DNA of 64,000 nt from a virus, in the IMG/VR virus record IMGVR_UViG_3300029982_000012; one strand, 5' to 3'. Shown piece by piece: positions 47,088 through 57,459 of the stretch (within the stretch, counting starts at the first letter, position 1; every line of letters begins with the position of its first letter). The position numbers and the translations under genes are program-made. The notes beneath the pieces are model-generated. The model worked only from the letters and a program-made list of their open reading frames with translations, was not told where the DNA came from and did not search any database.

Positions 47088-47477
47088 GTGAATAAAGCCG
47101 AAGAACTTGACAAATTAGATAAAGAAATAAAAACTGCTGAAACAAGCCAGAAGTCTATTCAGACCAATATTGATCAGTTATCCAAAGAAATCAATATATT
47201 AAATAAACAAAAAATAGAATTAGAACAAAATCTAGAATTCCATAAAAGAGTTGGTGTAATTCCGCTTGCTCATGAGTACGGGAAATCTAAGAGAGAATTA
47301 ACCAAAGTCACAAATCGTCTTAACCTTATTACGAGTGACCATAGTAAATCCGTCCAAGGTCTTGATCGTGTTAAGGAAATCATAGTAAAATTTAGAAGGG
47401 ACTACATGAGACTATTAAACTCAAATGAGGATAATGTCGTGCGAGCCATTTTTGGAGTTAAACGTGGAAAGAAGTGA
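47088..47477 (+). CDS. Hypothetical coiled-coil protein
   Basis: Heptad-rich ORF; TGATATAAT extended -10 upstream at 47056. Confidence 0.65.
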   Translation: MNKAEELDKLDKEIKTAETSQKSIQTNIDQLSKEINILNKQKIELEQNLEFHKRVGVIPLAHEYGKSKRELTKVTNRLNLITSDHSKSVQGLDRVKEIIVKFRRDYMRLLNSNEDNVVRAIFGVKRGKK

Positions 47478-47679
47478 AATGGAAAAAAAAGTAAGAGAAG
47501 AAGATGATTTCATCCATTCTCCAAAGTTCGGGAATAGCATCAAAAGATTTTTAGCAAAAATGGAAAATCCACCAGAAAATACAACCATTGGGCGACTCCT
47601 TTTACTTTCAGAAGAAGAAGTCGAAAAACTATACCAGGAATCAGTTGTAATCCTTCGAGAAAAAATGCTTAATAAATAG
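47464..47679 (+). CDS. Small protein resembling sigma70 region 4.2 HTH
   Basis: TTIGRLLLLSEEEVEKLYQESVVILREKM; GGAG SD before GTG 47464. Confidence 0.5.
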   Translation: MERSEMEKKVREEDDFIHSPKFGNSIKRFLAKMENPPENTTIGRLLLLSEEEVEKLYQESVVILREKMLNK

Positions 47680-47718
47680 ATATTGACTTTAAGCCAAAAT
47701 ACCATATACTATTATGGT

Positions 47719-48354
47719 ATGTCAAATTACCTCTGTTGCATGGATAGTGAAACTGGCGGCCTAAATCCCAAAGAAGCAGATATCCTAACTCTGTTCATGG
47801 CCTTAACTGATGAAAATCTTAAGGTCATAGCTGAATTAGATCTAAAACTTAAACCCAATGATAGAAATCCCACAGCAGATGAGGGCGCTTTAAAGGTCAA
47901 TAAAATTGATATTAAGGCCCATCTAAACGATCCCAATACGATAACATATAAAGAAGCAAAAACTAAAATTATTGATTTTGTCACGCCATTCCTTAAAAAA
48001 ACTGGTCGTCATAGTAATTTGATTGTGCTCGGCCAGAATGTGGCTTTTGATTTGGATTTTATTTGGGAACATATCATTCCAAAAAATGAATGGAACGGCC
48101 TTTTTAGTTACAATGTAGAAGACACAAAGACAGCATCGTTATTCTTGAAAAGATGTGGATGGTTGCCCTCGGATATCGGTACTCTTAAGAGTTTGGTAGA
48201 ATTCTTTGGAATCGCAAAGCGTGAAGCCCATGAAGCTAAGGGCGACGTACATATGACAATCGATGTTTACAAGGCAATGATTTCTCTTATGGAAAGCAAA
48301 AAAGATAGCGGTGGCCAAACGCAAGATCTAATCAGTCTTCTGGAGGCAGAATGA
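47719..48354 (+). CDS. DEDDh exonuclease (DnaQ/epsilon-like)
   Basis: DSETGGL, GQNVAFD, EDT, AHEAKGDV. Confidence 0.88.
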   Translation: MSNYLCCMDSETGGLNPKEADILTLFMALTDENLKVIAELDLKLKPNDRNPTADEGALKVNKIDIKAHLNDPNTITYKEAKTKIIDFVTPFLKKTGRHSNLIVLGQNVAFDLDFIWEHIIPKNEWNGLFSYNVEDTKTASLFLKRCGWLPSDIGTLKSLVEFFGIAKREAHEAKGDVHMTIDVYKAMISLMESKKDSGGQTQDLISLLEAE

Positions 48355-48914
48355 ACATCAAAGTAACGCGCTCACAAACTGAAACCTACAAGGTCTATAT
48401 TGACAATCGTTGGCAGGCAACCATCATGATCGAAGATTCTTCTGGACTTCTTTCGATTCAATCGGAATATGGGCATTTTAGTCACTACTGGGGAACCGGT
48501 GGAAGATCAGCCGGAAACACTTTTAAACAGGAACTATTACGCTTTGGACTAGATTACGTACAAAATAAACTCAGTTACAATGACGATTTAGGTCATTGGT
48601 TTAATTTCGACGAAACAGTAAAAAGAATTAGACAAGACATTCTTGAGAAACGTAGAGAACGTAGAATTGAATCTCCAGATGCTAGAGTCTTGTGGTATGA
48701 AGCAGACAATCTTGAGGAATGCAAGACTTCATCGGAATTTGCCCATCAATTGTTTGCTAAATATAGCCTTATGACAGAGCTGTATGATGGAGACTATCTT
48801 GCTATCCCTATTATTACAGAAACACACCCAAGACTTAGGAAATTCATGGAAGTGGTTTACCCAATTTTTAAAGCAGAACTTGCTAAAGAAGAAGCGTGTT
48901 TGGAGACAGTATGA
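48351..48914 (+). CDS. Hypothetical protein
   Basis: Coupled ORF with GGAGG SD. Confidence 0.7.
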   Translation: MNIKVTRSQTETYKVYIDNRWQATIMIEDSSGLLSIQSEYGHFSHYWGTGGRSAGNTFKQELLRFGLDYVQNKLSYNDDLGHWFNFDETVKRIRQDILEKRRERRIESPDARVLWYEADNLEECKTSSEFAHQLFAKYSLMTELYDGDYLAIPIITETHPRLRKFMEVVYPIFKAELAKEEACLETV

Positions 48915-49126
48915 AAATATGGTTTGATTATTGTAGCATGGAACATTTCCATGATGATTTTTACAACATAAAACTTGGTATTGGTTGGTATCGTCACGCC
49001 AAAACACACAAATGGTGGGGTTTTACGGTAGAATTTTATTTCTTTAAGTGGGTTGTATTCGTAAACTACGTAAGTAATTGGAATGAATATGACAAGAAAG
49101 TCAATTATAGAAAATACAAAAAATGA
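48911..49126 (+). CDS. Hypothetical aromatic-rich protein
   Basis: Coupled ORF with GGAG SD. Confidence 0.55.
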   Translation: MKIWFDYCSMEHFHDDFYNIKLGIGWYRHAKTHKWWGFTVEFYFFKWVVFVNYVSNWNEYDKKVNYRKYKK

Positions 49127-52100
49127 CATTACTGATATCGCCTCACACGCATTGCGAGTCTAAACTTACTGGATCACCGCTACCCTCAATGATTAAAAGG
49201 GCAGTAGATCTTGGTCGAACCCATTTTTCCTATACAGATTTGGGTCATCTATCAAGTTGTCTCAAAGCTTATGGGCAGGCCAAGGCCGCAAATTTAAAAT
49301 TTGCTGCAGGTATAGAATTCTTTTTTAAGGATTCTTCTTGTCCGATTGTTGTGGGTACTAAAGCCGATCGATGTAAGTATTTTAATGCATCTATTTTTGC
49401 AAAGAATCAAGATGCCTATCAAGAAATCGTAAGAGTTGTTTCCTCAAATGATATGCCCAAAATCAAGATCAGAGATGAATTGGAATCTCTTTGGTCTTGG
49501 AAGGATCTTGAGCGCCTAAGTAAATCTGATACCCTCCTTGTCCTAGGCGGCCCTCATTGTATGGTTGGTAAAGCGATGCTTGCCGATACTCCTGAATTGG
49601 CAGAAAAGATCCTATTAAAGATCCATAGTCTTTTCCAAGATCGACTATCTATGTCCCTAACCTGCGAACCATGGGAAAAGAAGTATGCGACAGTCATAAA
49701 AATCAAATACAAAGATGGAACTTCTGACTCACTTCTTTCCTCGGATCTGGTTACCACCAATAAGGCCAGAAAAATTAAGGCTAGCGATTTAACTAATAGA
49801 AGTGGGCACTTTTTGGTTAAGTCGAAAGTGGTTGGAAATACATTTCATCAAGTAGATAAAGAAATTGCGGAAGTGACGGAACATAGAGGATTCCTTCCCC
49901 TTCCAGTAGATGTTACTTCAACTATCAATAAGTTTTTCGTGGAAATGCACAAGAAGCACGGCATTAAATTGCTTGCTTCGGACTACGCTTTTTATTCAGA
50001 AAAAGAAGACCACATTGTTCAGACCATGGTTCTTGAGGGCGAAAATAAACTAAAAGCTAATCTGCACATGAAATCTGCGCAGGAAATCCAAGAATATTTA
50101 ACCCATAAACTTGGCCTAACAGAAGAAGAGTCTACTAAAATTATCGGAAATAATAACGAATGGGCAAAAAATTTTGATAATTTCGAACTAAAATACAAAT
50201 GGCGGCTTGCTGATGCAGGGGAAAACCCACTACAACAATGCTTAGAAATTATTAAGAAAAAAGGATTAATGAGATGGAAAGACACTATTTGGGTTGGCAG
50301 GCTAAAAGAAGAGATTGAAGTTCTGGCCAAGAACGGTATCTTCGATTTATCCCCCTATTTCCTTCCTATTCACGATGTAATCAACCATTATGAAGAGAAT
50401 GGTAGGTTGCCAGGTCCAGGACGAGGAAGCGCTGCTGGGAGCCTTGTAGCCTATCTAATGGGCGTCACCAAAGTAAATCCTTTTACCTACGACCTTAGCT
50501 TTAACAGGTTTTATTCAATGGATCGGATTAAAGCTCTTAAACTCGCCGATATTGACTCAGATTTGGAATCCAGAGATCTTTTGGTGGGAGAAGATGGAAA
50601 AAGCGGATACCTTTACAAGAGATGGGGAAATAAGGCTGCCCAGATCAGTACCAGAACTAAGATTAGACTTAAATCTGCTATTAAAGACACTAACAGATAC
50701 ATTAATGGGTCTGTCGAGAAATCCATTGAAGTATTTGCAAAATCTCTTCCAGATGCAGACCAAGGTATCACAGATGAGCAGTTCATTTTTGGTATGGAAG
50801 ATGACGATGGAAATCATATTGATGGGTTAATCGAAACTTCAGAGCCACTTCAGAAATATGCAAATGATAGACCTAAAGAGTGGGCGATCGTTAGGCAAGC
50901 ACTTGGTATTACAAGAGCATTCTCACGTCATGCCTGCGCCTTTGTTATTGCTGATAAGCCTATCTCAGAGATCGTACCCATTAAAGATGGTAATGTGGTT
51001 CAATACGAGGCAACTGCAGCAGAAACGGCTGGACTAATTAAGTACGACTTCTTGGTCATTAGTCAGTTGAAGGATATTAGGGTTTGCTTAGATCTGATCA
51101 ATAAAAAGAATAAAGAAAAGCATAAGACCGGTTACTTCACGAATAATGGGGTTTTGACCTATATCTGGGATTTACCTACTGACCAAAAGACATATGAAAG
51201 CGTGTGGGGAGGCAGTACAGAATCATGCTGGCAAATTAACACGAACTCAATGATCCCTTTTGTTAAGGGCATAAAACCTACAAGTATTGAAGATTTATCG
51301 ATTATTCTATCCCTAGTTCGTCCAGGCCCTCTCGATTATATTGACAAAGAAACAGGGCGTAGTATGGCCGAAGAATATGTTCATAGACGCGATGGTGGTG
51401 AATATAAAGACGTTGAGATTCTAAAAGAATTGATTCCTGAAACCCATTCGGTTCTAGTCTACCAAGAACAGGTTACTAAAATCGCAAAGCAACTTGCCGG
51501 ATTTTCTGGATCGGCTGCCGAAAACTTACGAGAAGCCATTGGTAAGAAAAAACGCGCAACTATCTTAAAAATTAAGCCCGATTTTATTGCTGGATGCTTA
51601 AAGTCCAATAAAATTACGGAAGAAGAAGCTCAAATATTATGGGATCGTATCGTAACCTTTGGTCGGTATGCATTCAATAAATCTCATGGTGTTTCATACG
51701 CATTCGTTACATACGCCTGTATCTTTCTGAAACACAATTACTCATTAGAATGGTGGGCCGCAGTTCTTACTAATGCAAAAGAAAAAGAGATTTCCGGTAA
51801 GTTGTGGCCATATGTTAAGCACTTGGTTGCGGCTCCAGACATCAATCTTTCAACAGATGAAATGGAAATCGATTATGCTAATGGGAAAATTAGAGCTAAA
51901 CTTGGCGTCATTAAAGGTATGGCCGCCGCTACGATTGATCCAATTGTTGCTGGGAGACCGTATAAAGACATAGAAGATTTTGTAAACAAAGAAGTCGCCG
52001 GAGATGCGGTAACAAGAAAACTCATCCATGTAGGAGTATTAGACTCATTGTTCCCTCCAAAACTTGAACTATTGCAAAAAATGCAACTGTTCGAGGATCT

Positions 52101-52737
52101 ACTTGAAACCAATAAATTTAACAATAAAATTGCTAGATCTAAAGAAGAAGGCAAAAAGACTAGATTAGAGGCTCCCAATAAGGGCGTAATCAAAGAAGAA
52201 TATTTGGAAATTGAAAAGTATCCTTTGAAAAATGCCGCAGTTCAAAAATCAATTTTGCCAAGTCTTTTGGTTGGTCTAACAAATTTGGGCATAAATCACT
52301 CAAGTCTAATGGACCGAAAGACAATGTTTAAACAGGCAGTAATGACAAAAAAGGCCAGAAAAAAACGCCAAGACAACCCCAACGCTAAATTAAACCGAGA
52401 TGATGGCGACCATTTGCCCCTATTAAACGGAGAAGAATTTGAATTCGTTGATCAAAAATCAGCAGAAGCATCAGTTAAAGACATTGAATTTGCGGTATTT
52501 GGATATGTTGTGGGTACGAGCTTCTTTGACTATAGTGCAAACACAAAACAGGCCTTGAAAGTAATTATTGATGTAGATGGGTATGTAAAAGAACATGTTA
52601 TGTGGCCTAATTACTATTCCGAAAAACTTGAGCATCCTAAAGAATTAAAAAAGGGCAATATATGTATGTTTTTAATGAAGAAACGCCAGGGTAGCGGTGA
52701 TCCTGCCGCAATTGAAGAAATCGTAATTGAGGCTTGA
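49123..52737 (+). CDS. dnaE: DNA polymerase III alpha subunit (family C)
   Basis: PHP domain HTH...TD, GPGRGSAAGSLVAY, DIDSD, SRHACA, KYDFL, YQEQ, YAFNKSH. Confidence 0.95.
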   Translation: MTLLISPHTHCESKLTGSPLPSMIKRAVDLGRTHFSYTDLGHLSSCLKAYGQAKAANLKFAAGIEFFFKDSSCPIVVGTKADRCKYFNASIFAKNQDAYQEIVRVVSSNDMPKIKIRDELESLWSWKDLERLSKSDTLLVLGGPHCMVGKAMLADTPELAEKILLKIHSLFQDRLSMSLTCEPWEKKYATVIKIKYKDGTSDSLLSSDLVTTNKARKIKASDLTNRSGHFLVKSKVVGNTFHQVDKEIAEVTEHRGFLPLPVDVTSTINKFFVEMHKKHGIKLLASDYAFYSEKEDHIVQTMVLEGENKLKANLHMKSAQEIQEYLTHKLGLTEEESTKIIGNNNEWAKNFDNFELKYKWRLADAGENPLQQCLEIIKKKGLMRWKDTIWVGRLKEEIEVLAKNGIFDLSPYFLPIHDVINHYEENGRLPGPGRGSAAGSLVAYLMGVTKVNPFTYDLSFNRFYSMDRIKALKLADIDSDLESRDLLVGEDGKSGYLYKRWGNKAAQISTRTKIRLKSAIKDTNRYINGSVEKSIEVFAKSLPDADQGITDEQFIFGMEDDDGNHIDGLIETSEPLQKYANDRPKEWAIVRQALGITRAFSRHACAFVIADKPISEIVPIKDGNVVQYEATAAETAGLIKYDFLVISQLKDIRVCLDLINKKNKEKHKTGYFTNNGVLTYIWDLPTDQKTYESVWGGSTESCWQINTNSMIPFVKGIKPTSIEDLSIILSLVRPGPLDYIDKETGRSMAEEYVHRRDGGEYKDVEILKELIPETHSVLVYQEQVTKIAKQLAGFSGSAAENLREAIGKKKRATILKIKPDFIAGCLKSNKITEEEAQILWDRIVTFGRYAFNKSHGVSYAFVTYACIFLKHNYSLEWWAAVLTNAKEKEISGKLWPYVKHLVAAPDINLSTDEMEIDYANGKIRAKLGVIKGMAAATIDPIVAGRPYKDIEDFVNKEVAGDAVTRKLIHVGVLDSLFPPKLELLQKMQLFEDLLETNKFNNKIARSKEEGKKTRLEAPNKGVIKEEYLEIEKYPLKNAAVQKSILPSLLVGLTNLGINHSSLMDRKTMFKQAVMTKKARKKRQDNPNAKLNRDDGDHLPLLNGEEFEFVDQKSAEASVKDIEFAVFGYVVGTSFFDYSANTKQALKVIIDVDGYVKEHVMWPNYYSEKLEHPKELKKGNICMFLMKKRQGSGDPAAIEEIVIEA

Positions 52738-52762
52738 TTTTAAACAAAATAGATGGTACTAT
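52734..52762 (+). promoter_or_regulatory. Sigma70-type promoter, leaderless start
   Basis: TTGATT-N17-TACTAT with TG extension; ATG follows after 6 nt. Confidence 0.6.
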
Positions 52763-52768
52763 CTTAAT

Positions 52769-53542
52769 ATGAGACTTACTCCTCTCCTTTTAACCCTACT
52801 GTTTGGTCTAACGCAAAACGCGCATTCGGTAGGGTTATCTGGAAAATGTGTCAAGCGCCAAATACGGATAGCCGTAATCGATACGGGATTTGGCTATAGT
52901 GGAATCAAAAAAGACACAAAGCTTTGTGGTATAGGCCATACAGATTTCTCAAAGGATCATAATTTTATATATATGAGACCACTTAGTAATTTGATCCCCA
53001 AAGACACAGTTGGACATGGTACCAATATTGTTGGGATCATAGAGAATTACGCCAAAAAATCCAATGTAGATTATTGTATCGTGATCCTTAAATTCTATTC
53101 GAAAGATCAAACCGATAAGCAAAATTTGAAAGCTAGCATCGCTGCAATACAATTCGCTACCGAACTTAAAGCGGATTTTATCAATTATTCAGGTGGAGGC
53201 CCATCAGAAAACGCAGAAGAAGGACGGGCAGTAAGGAAGTTTCTAGATCAGGGCGGAAAGTTCATTGCTGCGGCTGGTAATGATGGAGAAGAGATTGGAA
53301 CGGGAGATACAGACTTTTATCCAGCAATGTATGACAAACGAATAGTTGTTGTGGGTAATTTGGACAAGTATGGCGTAAGATCTAAAACATCTAATTACGG
53401 CAGATTTGTAAATAGATGGGAAATGGGCGAAGACGTTACGGGTTACGGGATCAAACTTTCTGGAACTTCGCAAGCAACGGCTGTAGCAACGGGCAAAATA
53501 CTTGCCGCTAGTGAAAATAAATGCACCTTAAAGAAGAAATAA
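52769..53542 (+). CDS. Secreted subtilisin-like (S8) serine protease
   Basis: Signal peptide MRLTPLLLTLLFGLTQNAHS; VIDTG, HGTNI, AAAGN, SGTSQA. Confidence 0.9.
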   Translation: MRLTPLLLTLLFGLTQNAHSVGLSGKCVKRQIRIAVIDTGFGYSGIKKDTKLCGIGHTDFSKDHNFIYMRPLSNLIPKDTVGHGTNIVGIIENYAKKSNVDYCIVILKFYSKDQTDKQNLKASIAAIQFATELKADFINYSGGGPSENAEEGRAVRKFLDQGGKFIAAAGNDGEEIGTGDTDFYPAMYDKRIVVVGNLDKYGVRSKTSNYGRFVNRWEMGEDVTGYGIKLSGTSQATAVATGKILAASENKCTLKKK

Positions 53543-53579
53543 GTTGCATAAAAACAAAATAAGAGTAGGATAGATAAAG

Positions 53580-53828
53580 ATGGATTTCAAAGAAGACTTT
53601 AAGTTAATAAAAAGTAAAGAGATCGATACCGATACCTTTCTTAAAATTAGTAAAAATTTGATGAGTGGAAGAATTTTCGTAGAATTTTCTTGTAAAAATC
53701 CAAATCTCATGATACAAAAGAACTTTGAGGATTCATTATACGGGAAGAAATTGGCCGATACTTTCTCAAGAAGTATCAAGAACGCAGATCAAATCAGAAA
53801 ACATTTTGGAATAAAAACGGAGAAATAA
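53580..53828 (+). CDS. Hypothetical protein
   Basis: ORF downstream of a promoter-like sequence. Confidence 0.6.
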   Translation: MDFKEDFKLIKSKEIDTDTFLKISKNLMSGRIFVEFSCKNPNLMIQKNFEDSLYGKKLADTFSRSIKNADQIRKHFGIKTEK

Positions 53829-53830
53829 AT

Positions 53831-54604
53831 ATGTCACTAAGCACAATCCTTCAAGAAATTGAAAAAACATTACCGGTCGCAACACAAGATCTTACTTTGG
53901 GAAATGAAAGTACTTTCCGTGGTAGACAAGGAATGAAACGAGCTGCCGTTGATCGTATTGAACAACTAAAGACAGATTACAAAAAGGCTCTTATCGAATC
54001 TACATTTTTTATTATTCTAACAGGTGCCAATCGCACTCTATTTAATGAAGTGGCTTCTAATCCCGATTTTGAATGCTTTTCGGTAGATCCAGACAGTTTT
54101 TACGATGACTTATCGTCTCGTGTGGACGCCAAACTGTTTGGTCGTGAGTCTACCAAATACCTATTCAATATTGCAAATAATGCTCTCTACGATAAGGCCT
54201 TAGAAATTGGTGTAAGCAGGAATTCTATCATGGAAATCAAATTCGATGAAAGATACAATAGAGCAGTGAAAAACCATCAAGAATTAGCTAACCTATTAAA
54301 ACTCGCAGTAAATGACCAAATTGGTTCGGAAATCGTTGGGTTAGATGCTCTCAGTTCAATTGTTGATAGGGCTCTAGCAAAAAAACATGCCGGGTCTATC
54401 ACCCCAGTATTACTTAATACAGGAGATGAAAATTTCGCCCTAGATCTACAAAAAAATCTTACGCGATTAAAGACCAAAACCTTTATTGTGGTTGCTGGAA
54501 AGGCATCTAAAACTCTTCAAAATCTTCCTGGAGCGTTTGTTGTTAAAAATGTTACGGAAGAAAGTGTTGGCGAAACGCTTAAGTCTATTCGCAGTAAAAT
54601 CTAA
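53831..54604 (+). CDS. Hypothetical protein
   Basis: GGAG SD; 257 aa. Confidence 0.7.
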   Translation: MSLSTILQEIEKTLPVATQDLTLGNESTFRGRQGMKRAAVDRIEQLKTDYKKALIESTFFIILTGANRTLFNEVASNPDFECFSVDPDSFYDDLSSRVDAKLFGRESTKYLFNIANNALYDKALEIGVSRNSIMEIKFDERYNRAVKNHQELANLLKLAVNDQIGSEIVGLDALSSIVDRALAKKHAGSITPVLLNTGDENFALDLQKNLTRLKTKTFIVVAGKASKTLQNLPGAFVVKNVTEESVGETLKSIRSKI

Positions 54605-54611
54605 GGGAAAT

Positions 54612-54788
54612 ATGGAAAACAATAATAGAGTTGATCTAGAGACACCGGTAATTACCGCACTAGCAGTGGCATCTAAAACACCATTCTTAACGGCCTTTAA
54701 AGCTACTTTAGGTATTGGTTTAGCAAGATTCCTGATGTTTTTTGGTGTAGTAACAACAATCGTTTTGGCAGTTAAAGTTTTAAAATAA
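54612..54788 (+). CDS. Small membrane protein
   Basis: MENNNR...hydrophobic C-terminal half. Confidence 0.6.
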   Translation: MENNNRVDLETPVITALAVASKTPFLTAFKATLGIGLARFLMFFGVVTTIVLAVKVLK

Positions 54789-54797
54789 GGAGAAAAT

Positions 54798-55850
54798 ATG
54801 GAAGCGACATTTGGAAAAAGAGATTATGCAAAGAAGAATTATTTTAGTCAAAAAGACGGAAATGTAATTTTTCGAATTATTAAGCCTTTAGAACAATACA
54901 CGAAAGATACGCATGGATGGGCAAAATTTCACGCAGTAATATTTGGCTACAAGAACAGTGAAGGAAAACTACGTCCTTTTCAAAGCGCTCAAGTTAAACG
55001 TGATGGGGTAGTATTGGTCGAATGTCCTGCAATGAAACGAATTGAGGAACTTACTGCAAAATTAAATAAGGCCAAAGAAGAAGGAAATGATGATTTGGTT
55101 GCTAAACTCAGTAAGATAGTGGGTTACGGTGGAAACTACAGTGTTGACAAAAATTTTCATATGAATGTTATTGATTTGCAAGGAAATATTGGAGTTTTAA
55201 AGCTCAGATCAAAAGCAAAACAGGCATTGGAGGATGAACTTATTAGGCTTGAACAAGAAGAAGGCGTCAATGCGCTTTCCGATGAAAACGGACGCTTTTT
55301 CGTATTCAATCGTTCTGGATCTGGGAATACTACTTCTTTTAAAGTAAGTGTTTATAAAGAAAAAATTGATGTACCTAATGTAGGTCGCGTTGAACGAGAT
55401 GTTATTCATAAAATTACTCCAGAACTAAGAGCAAAAATCGACCGTGAAGCTCAAGATTTAAACAAAATTGCAGCAAAACTTACCGTTGAAGAAATTGCAA
55501 GAATTGTTGCTTCAGCAGATATTGCTACGGGCAAGACCCCTGTTTGTGATGAACTGTTCGACAATCGCTGGAAAGCAGAACGGGAAGCTCGTGGAGGTTC
55601 AAACAATCGTCGCCAAGAAAGTGCTCCGGCAGCTAGTGCTCAAACACAAGCTCCTGCTGCAGCAGCCTCTACACCGGCCCCTGCAACTCAAACTGCGGCT
55701 CCCACTTTTACTGCACCTTCATATGCAGCCCCAGCTACACCTGCAGCGCAAGCCCCAGTTACGGCTACGACTCCAGCAGCCCCTACATTTGCTGCAGAAC
55801 AAAGCCACGAAGACTGGTTAAAAGAAATCGGAATTGATCCAAATAGCTAA
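54798..55850 (+). CDS. Single-stranded DNA-binding protein (gp32-like)
   Basis: FRII.P N-terminus, G.GNTTSF.V, A/P/T linker, short acidic tail; precedes UvsY-like and RecA genes. Confidence 0.65.
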   Translation: MEATFGKRDYAKKNYFSQKDGNVIFRIIKPLEQYTKDTHGWAKFHAVIFGYKNSEGKLRPFQSAQVKRDGVVLVECPAMKRIEELTAKLNKAKEEGNDDLVAKLSKIVGYGGNYSVDKNFHMNVIDLQGNIGVLKLRSKAKQALEDELIRLEQEEGVNALSDENGRFFVFNRSGSGNTTSFKVSVYKEKIDVPNVGRVERDVIHKITPELRAKIDREAQDLNKIAAKLTVEEIARIVASADIATGKTPVCDELFDNRWKAEREARGGSNNRRQESAPAASAQTQAPAAAASTPAPATQTAAPTFTAPSYAAPATPAAQAPVTATTPAAPTFAAEQSHEDWLKEIGIDPNS

Positions 55851-55858
55851 GGAGACTT

Positions 55859-56245
55859 ATGGAATTAAATCCAGAAGTAGATCTGTCCGTAGATATTCAT
55901 AATCTAACTACAGAGTTTAGAAATTTGCCAGGGCTATTGTTTCGTTACTACCAATATAAAGCAAAAATTGAGGCGGTACGAGACAATGCCAAGGCTAGAT
56001 TAAAAGAAACTAGAGCTGTAGTTTATAAGACCATAAAAAGCGATGTTTCCGTAAAACATAGCGAAAATAGTATGGAAGCCCAAATTGATTCTCATCCAGA
56101 TGTTCTAAAGGCCCTAATGAACCTGGTTAAAGCCGAACATGATGCGACTACCTGGGCAGGTGCAGTAGATTCAATGAAAGCCAAAAAGGATTGTCTAATC
56201 CAGCTGGGCTCGGATCGTCGAAAAGAAATCATAGGTTCAAACTAG
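55859..56245 (+). CDS. UvsY-like recombination mediator
   Basis: 128-aa helical protein (DL.VD..NL..E...P....Y; SE..MEA.I) between SSB and RecA. Confidence 0.65.
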   Translation: MELNPEVDLSVDIHNLTTEFRNLPGLLFRYYQYKAKIEAVRDNAKARLKETRAVVYKTIKSDVSVKHSENSMEAQIDSHPDVLKALMNLVKAEHDATTWAGAVDSMKAKKDCLIQLGSDRRKEIIGSN

Positions 56246-56253
56246 GAGAATAA

Positions 56254-57156
56254 ATGGCAAAGCAAGAAGTGTCTTTAGTAGACCGCATTCGTAATCGATT
56301 AAACGAAGAGGCCGGTAAAGAATTAGTAAAGACTTATGGAGAAGATGATGAATTGCTCCAAGTCAAATCATGGATTACATTAAAGCCCTTCTTTAAAGAA
56401 GGTACCGGTGGAGAAGGGTTTCCATGCGGGCACATTACTCAGATTATTGGAAAGACCGATAGCGGTAAAACCACTCTGGTAATGGAAGGAATGGTACAGT
56501 GCCAAAAAGATGGCGGTGTATGTTTCTTAATCGATTCAGAGCATAAATTCTCCATGAAACGTCTAGCTTTGATGGGCGGCAAACCCAAAGAAGTTCTGGT
56601 TACTCCTTGCGAAAACCTAGAAGAGGCGTGGACCGCGATCGAGAAGATTTTGACTGAAGCTAAAACCCTTAGAGAAGAAGGTTTTACTGGACCTCTCATG
56701 ATGGTATGGGACTCGGTTGCTGCTTCGGTACCGGAATCAATTATGGATTCGGAAGCTGGTGATCATCACGTTGCGGTTGAGGCCAAACTGAACAATAAGA
56801 ACGTTCGTCGTCTACGTCAAGCTATTGGAGAAACTGGACTTGCTTGCGTATTTATTAATCACTACTATATGACCCAACCTAAAAATAAGTATGAACAGTC
56901 AGAACTCATTATTAAAGGTGGAGAAGAATTAAGTTTCTTTTCTACACTTATCTTAATCACCAAAAAAGGTGCCAAAATTACTCGTACAATTAAGAACGAG
57001 GAACAACAAATTGGTCGTACCACACGATATACAGTACACAAAGGCCATTTCCATGGTCGTACAATAGTAAAAGATGTATCGGTAGTCGATATCGGTATCT
57101 TGGATACCCCAGAAGCTCTGGAAGCGTACAAGAAGTCTCTTCGTGGAGAATACTAA
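56254..57156 (+). CDS. recA: RecA/UvsX recombinase
   Basis: GFPCGHITQIIGKTDSGKTT, IDSEH, WDSVAA, FINH, KGGEEL.F. Confidence 0.9.
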   Translation: MAKQEVSLVDRIRNRLNEEAGKELVKTYGEDDELLQVKSWITLKPFFKEGTGGEGFPCGHITQIIGKTDSGKTTLVMEGMVQCQKDGGVCFLIDSEHKFSMKRLALMGGKPKEVLVTPCENLEEAWTAIEKILTEAKTLREEGFTGPLMMVWDSVAASVPESIMDSEAGDHHVAVEAKLNNKNVRRLRQAIGETGLACVFINHYYMTQPKNKYEQSELIIKGGEELSFFSTLILITKKGAKITRTIKNEEQQIGRTTRYTVHKGHFHGRTIVKDVSVVDIGILDTPEALEAYKKSLRGEY

Positions 57157-57444
57157 ATGAAATATTTGGCGCTATTTGCTTTAATGTCAGGATGCTCTCT
57201 AATTAAAATTCAAGAGGCTCCTCAGCCAGAAAAGCATCGTTCTCAGATTATTACGGTAATGGAATATACCTGTGGTGGCGATTCAAAAGAATGTCAGGCA
57301 GATTCTACAGTACGAATTTCAAGGGATAAAATTATTTTTTATACTGAGTTTTCAAAAACTTGCTATGTGCAACTAGCAGGTTACCAAACACTTCATGTAT
57401 TAAAAATGACTTGTTCCGAATTTGATCAATTATTAAATCAATAA
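57157..57444 (+). CDS. Putative lipoprotein
   Basis: MKYLALFALMSG-C lipobox. Confidence 0.65.
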   Translation: MKYLALFALMSGCSLIKIQEAPQPEKHRSQIITVMEYTCGGDSKECQADSTVRISRDKIIFYTEFSKTCYVQLAGYQTLHVLKMTCSEFDQLLNQ

Positions 57445-57459
57445 ATTCTCGAAAGAGAA

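Noticed and set aside
49680-49890. Possible intein in the DnaE PHP-domain insertion
   Set aside because: About 70 aa with no N-terminal Cys/Ser block and no His-Asn-Cys/Ser/Thr end.
55620-55800. Ala/Pro/Thr repeats (also 45900-46070) as a DNA repeat array
   Set aside because: Low-complexity protein linkers with no fixed repeat-spacer periodicity.
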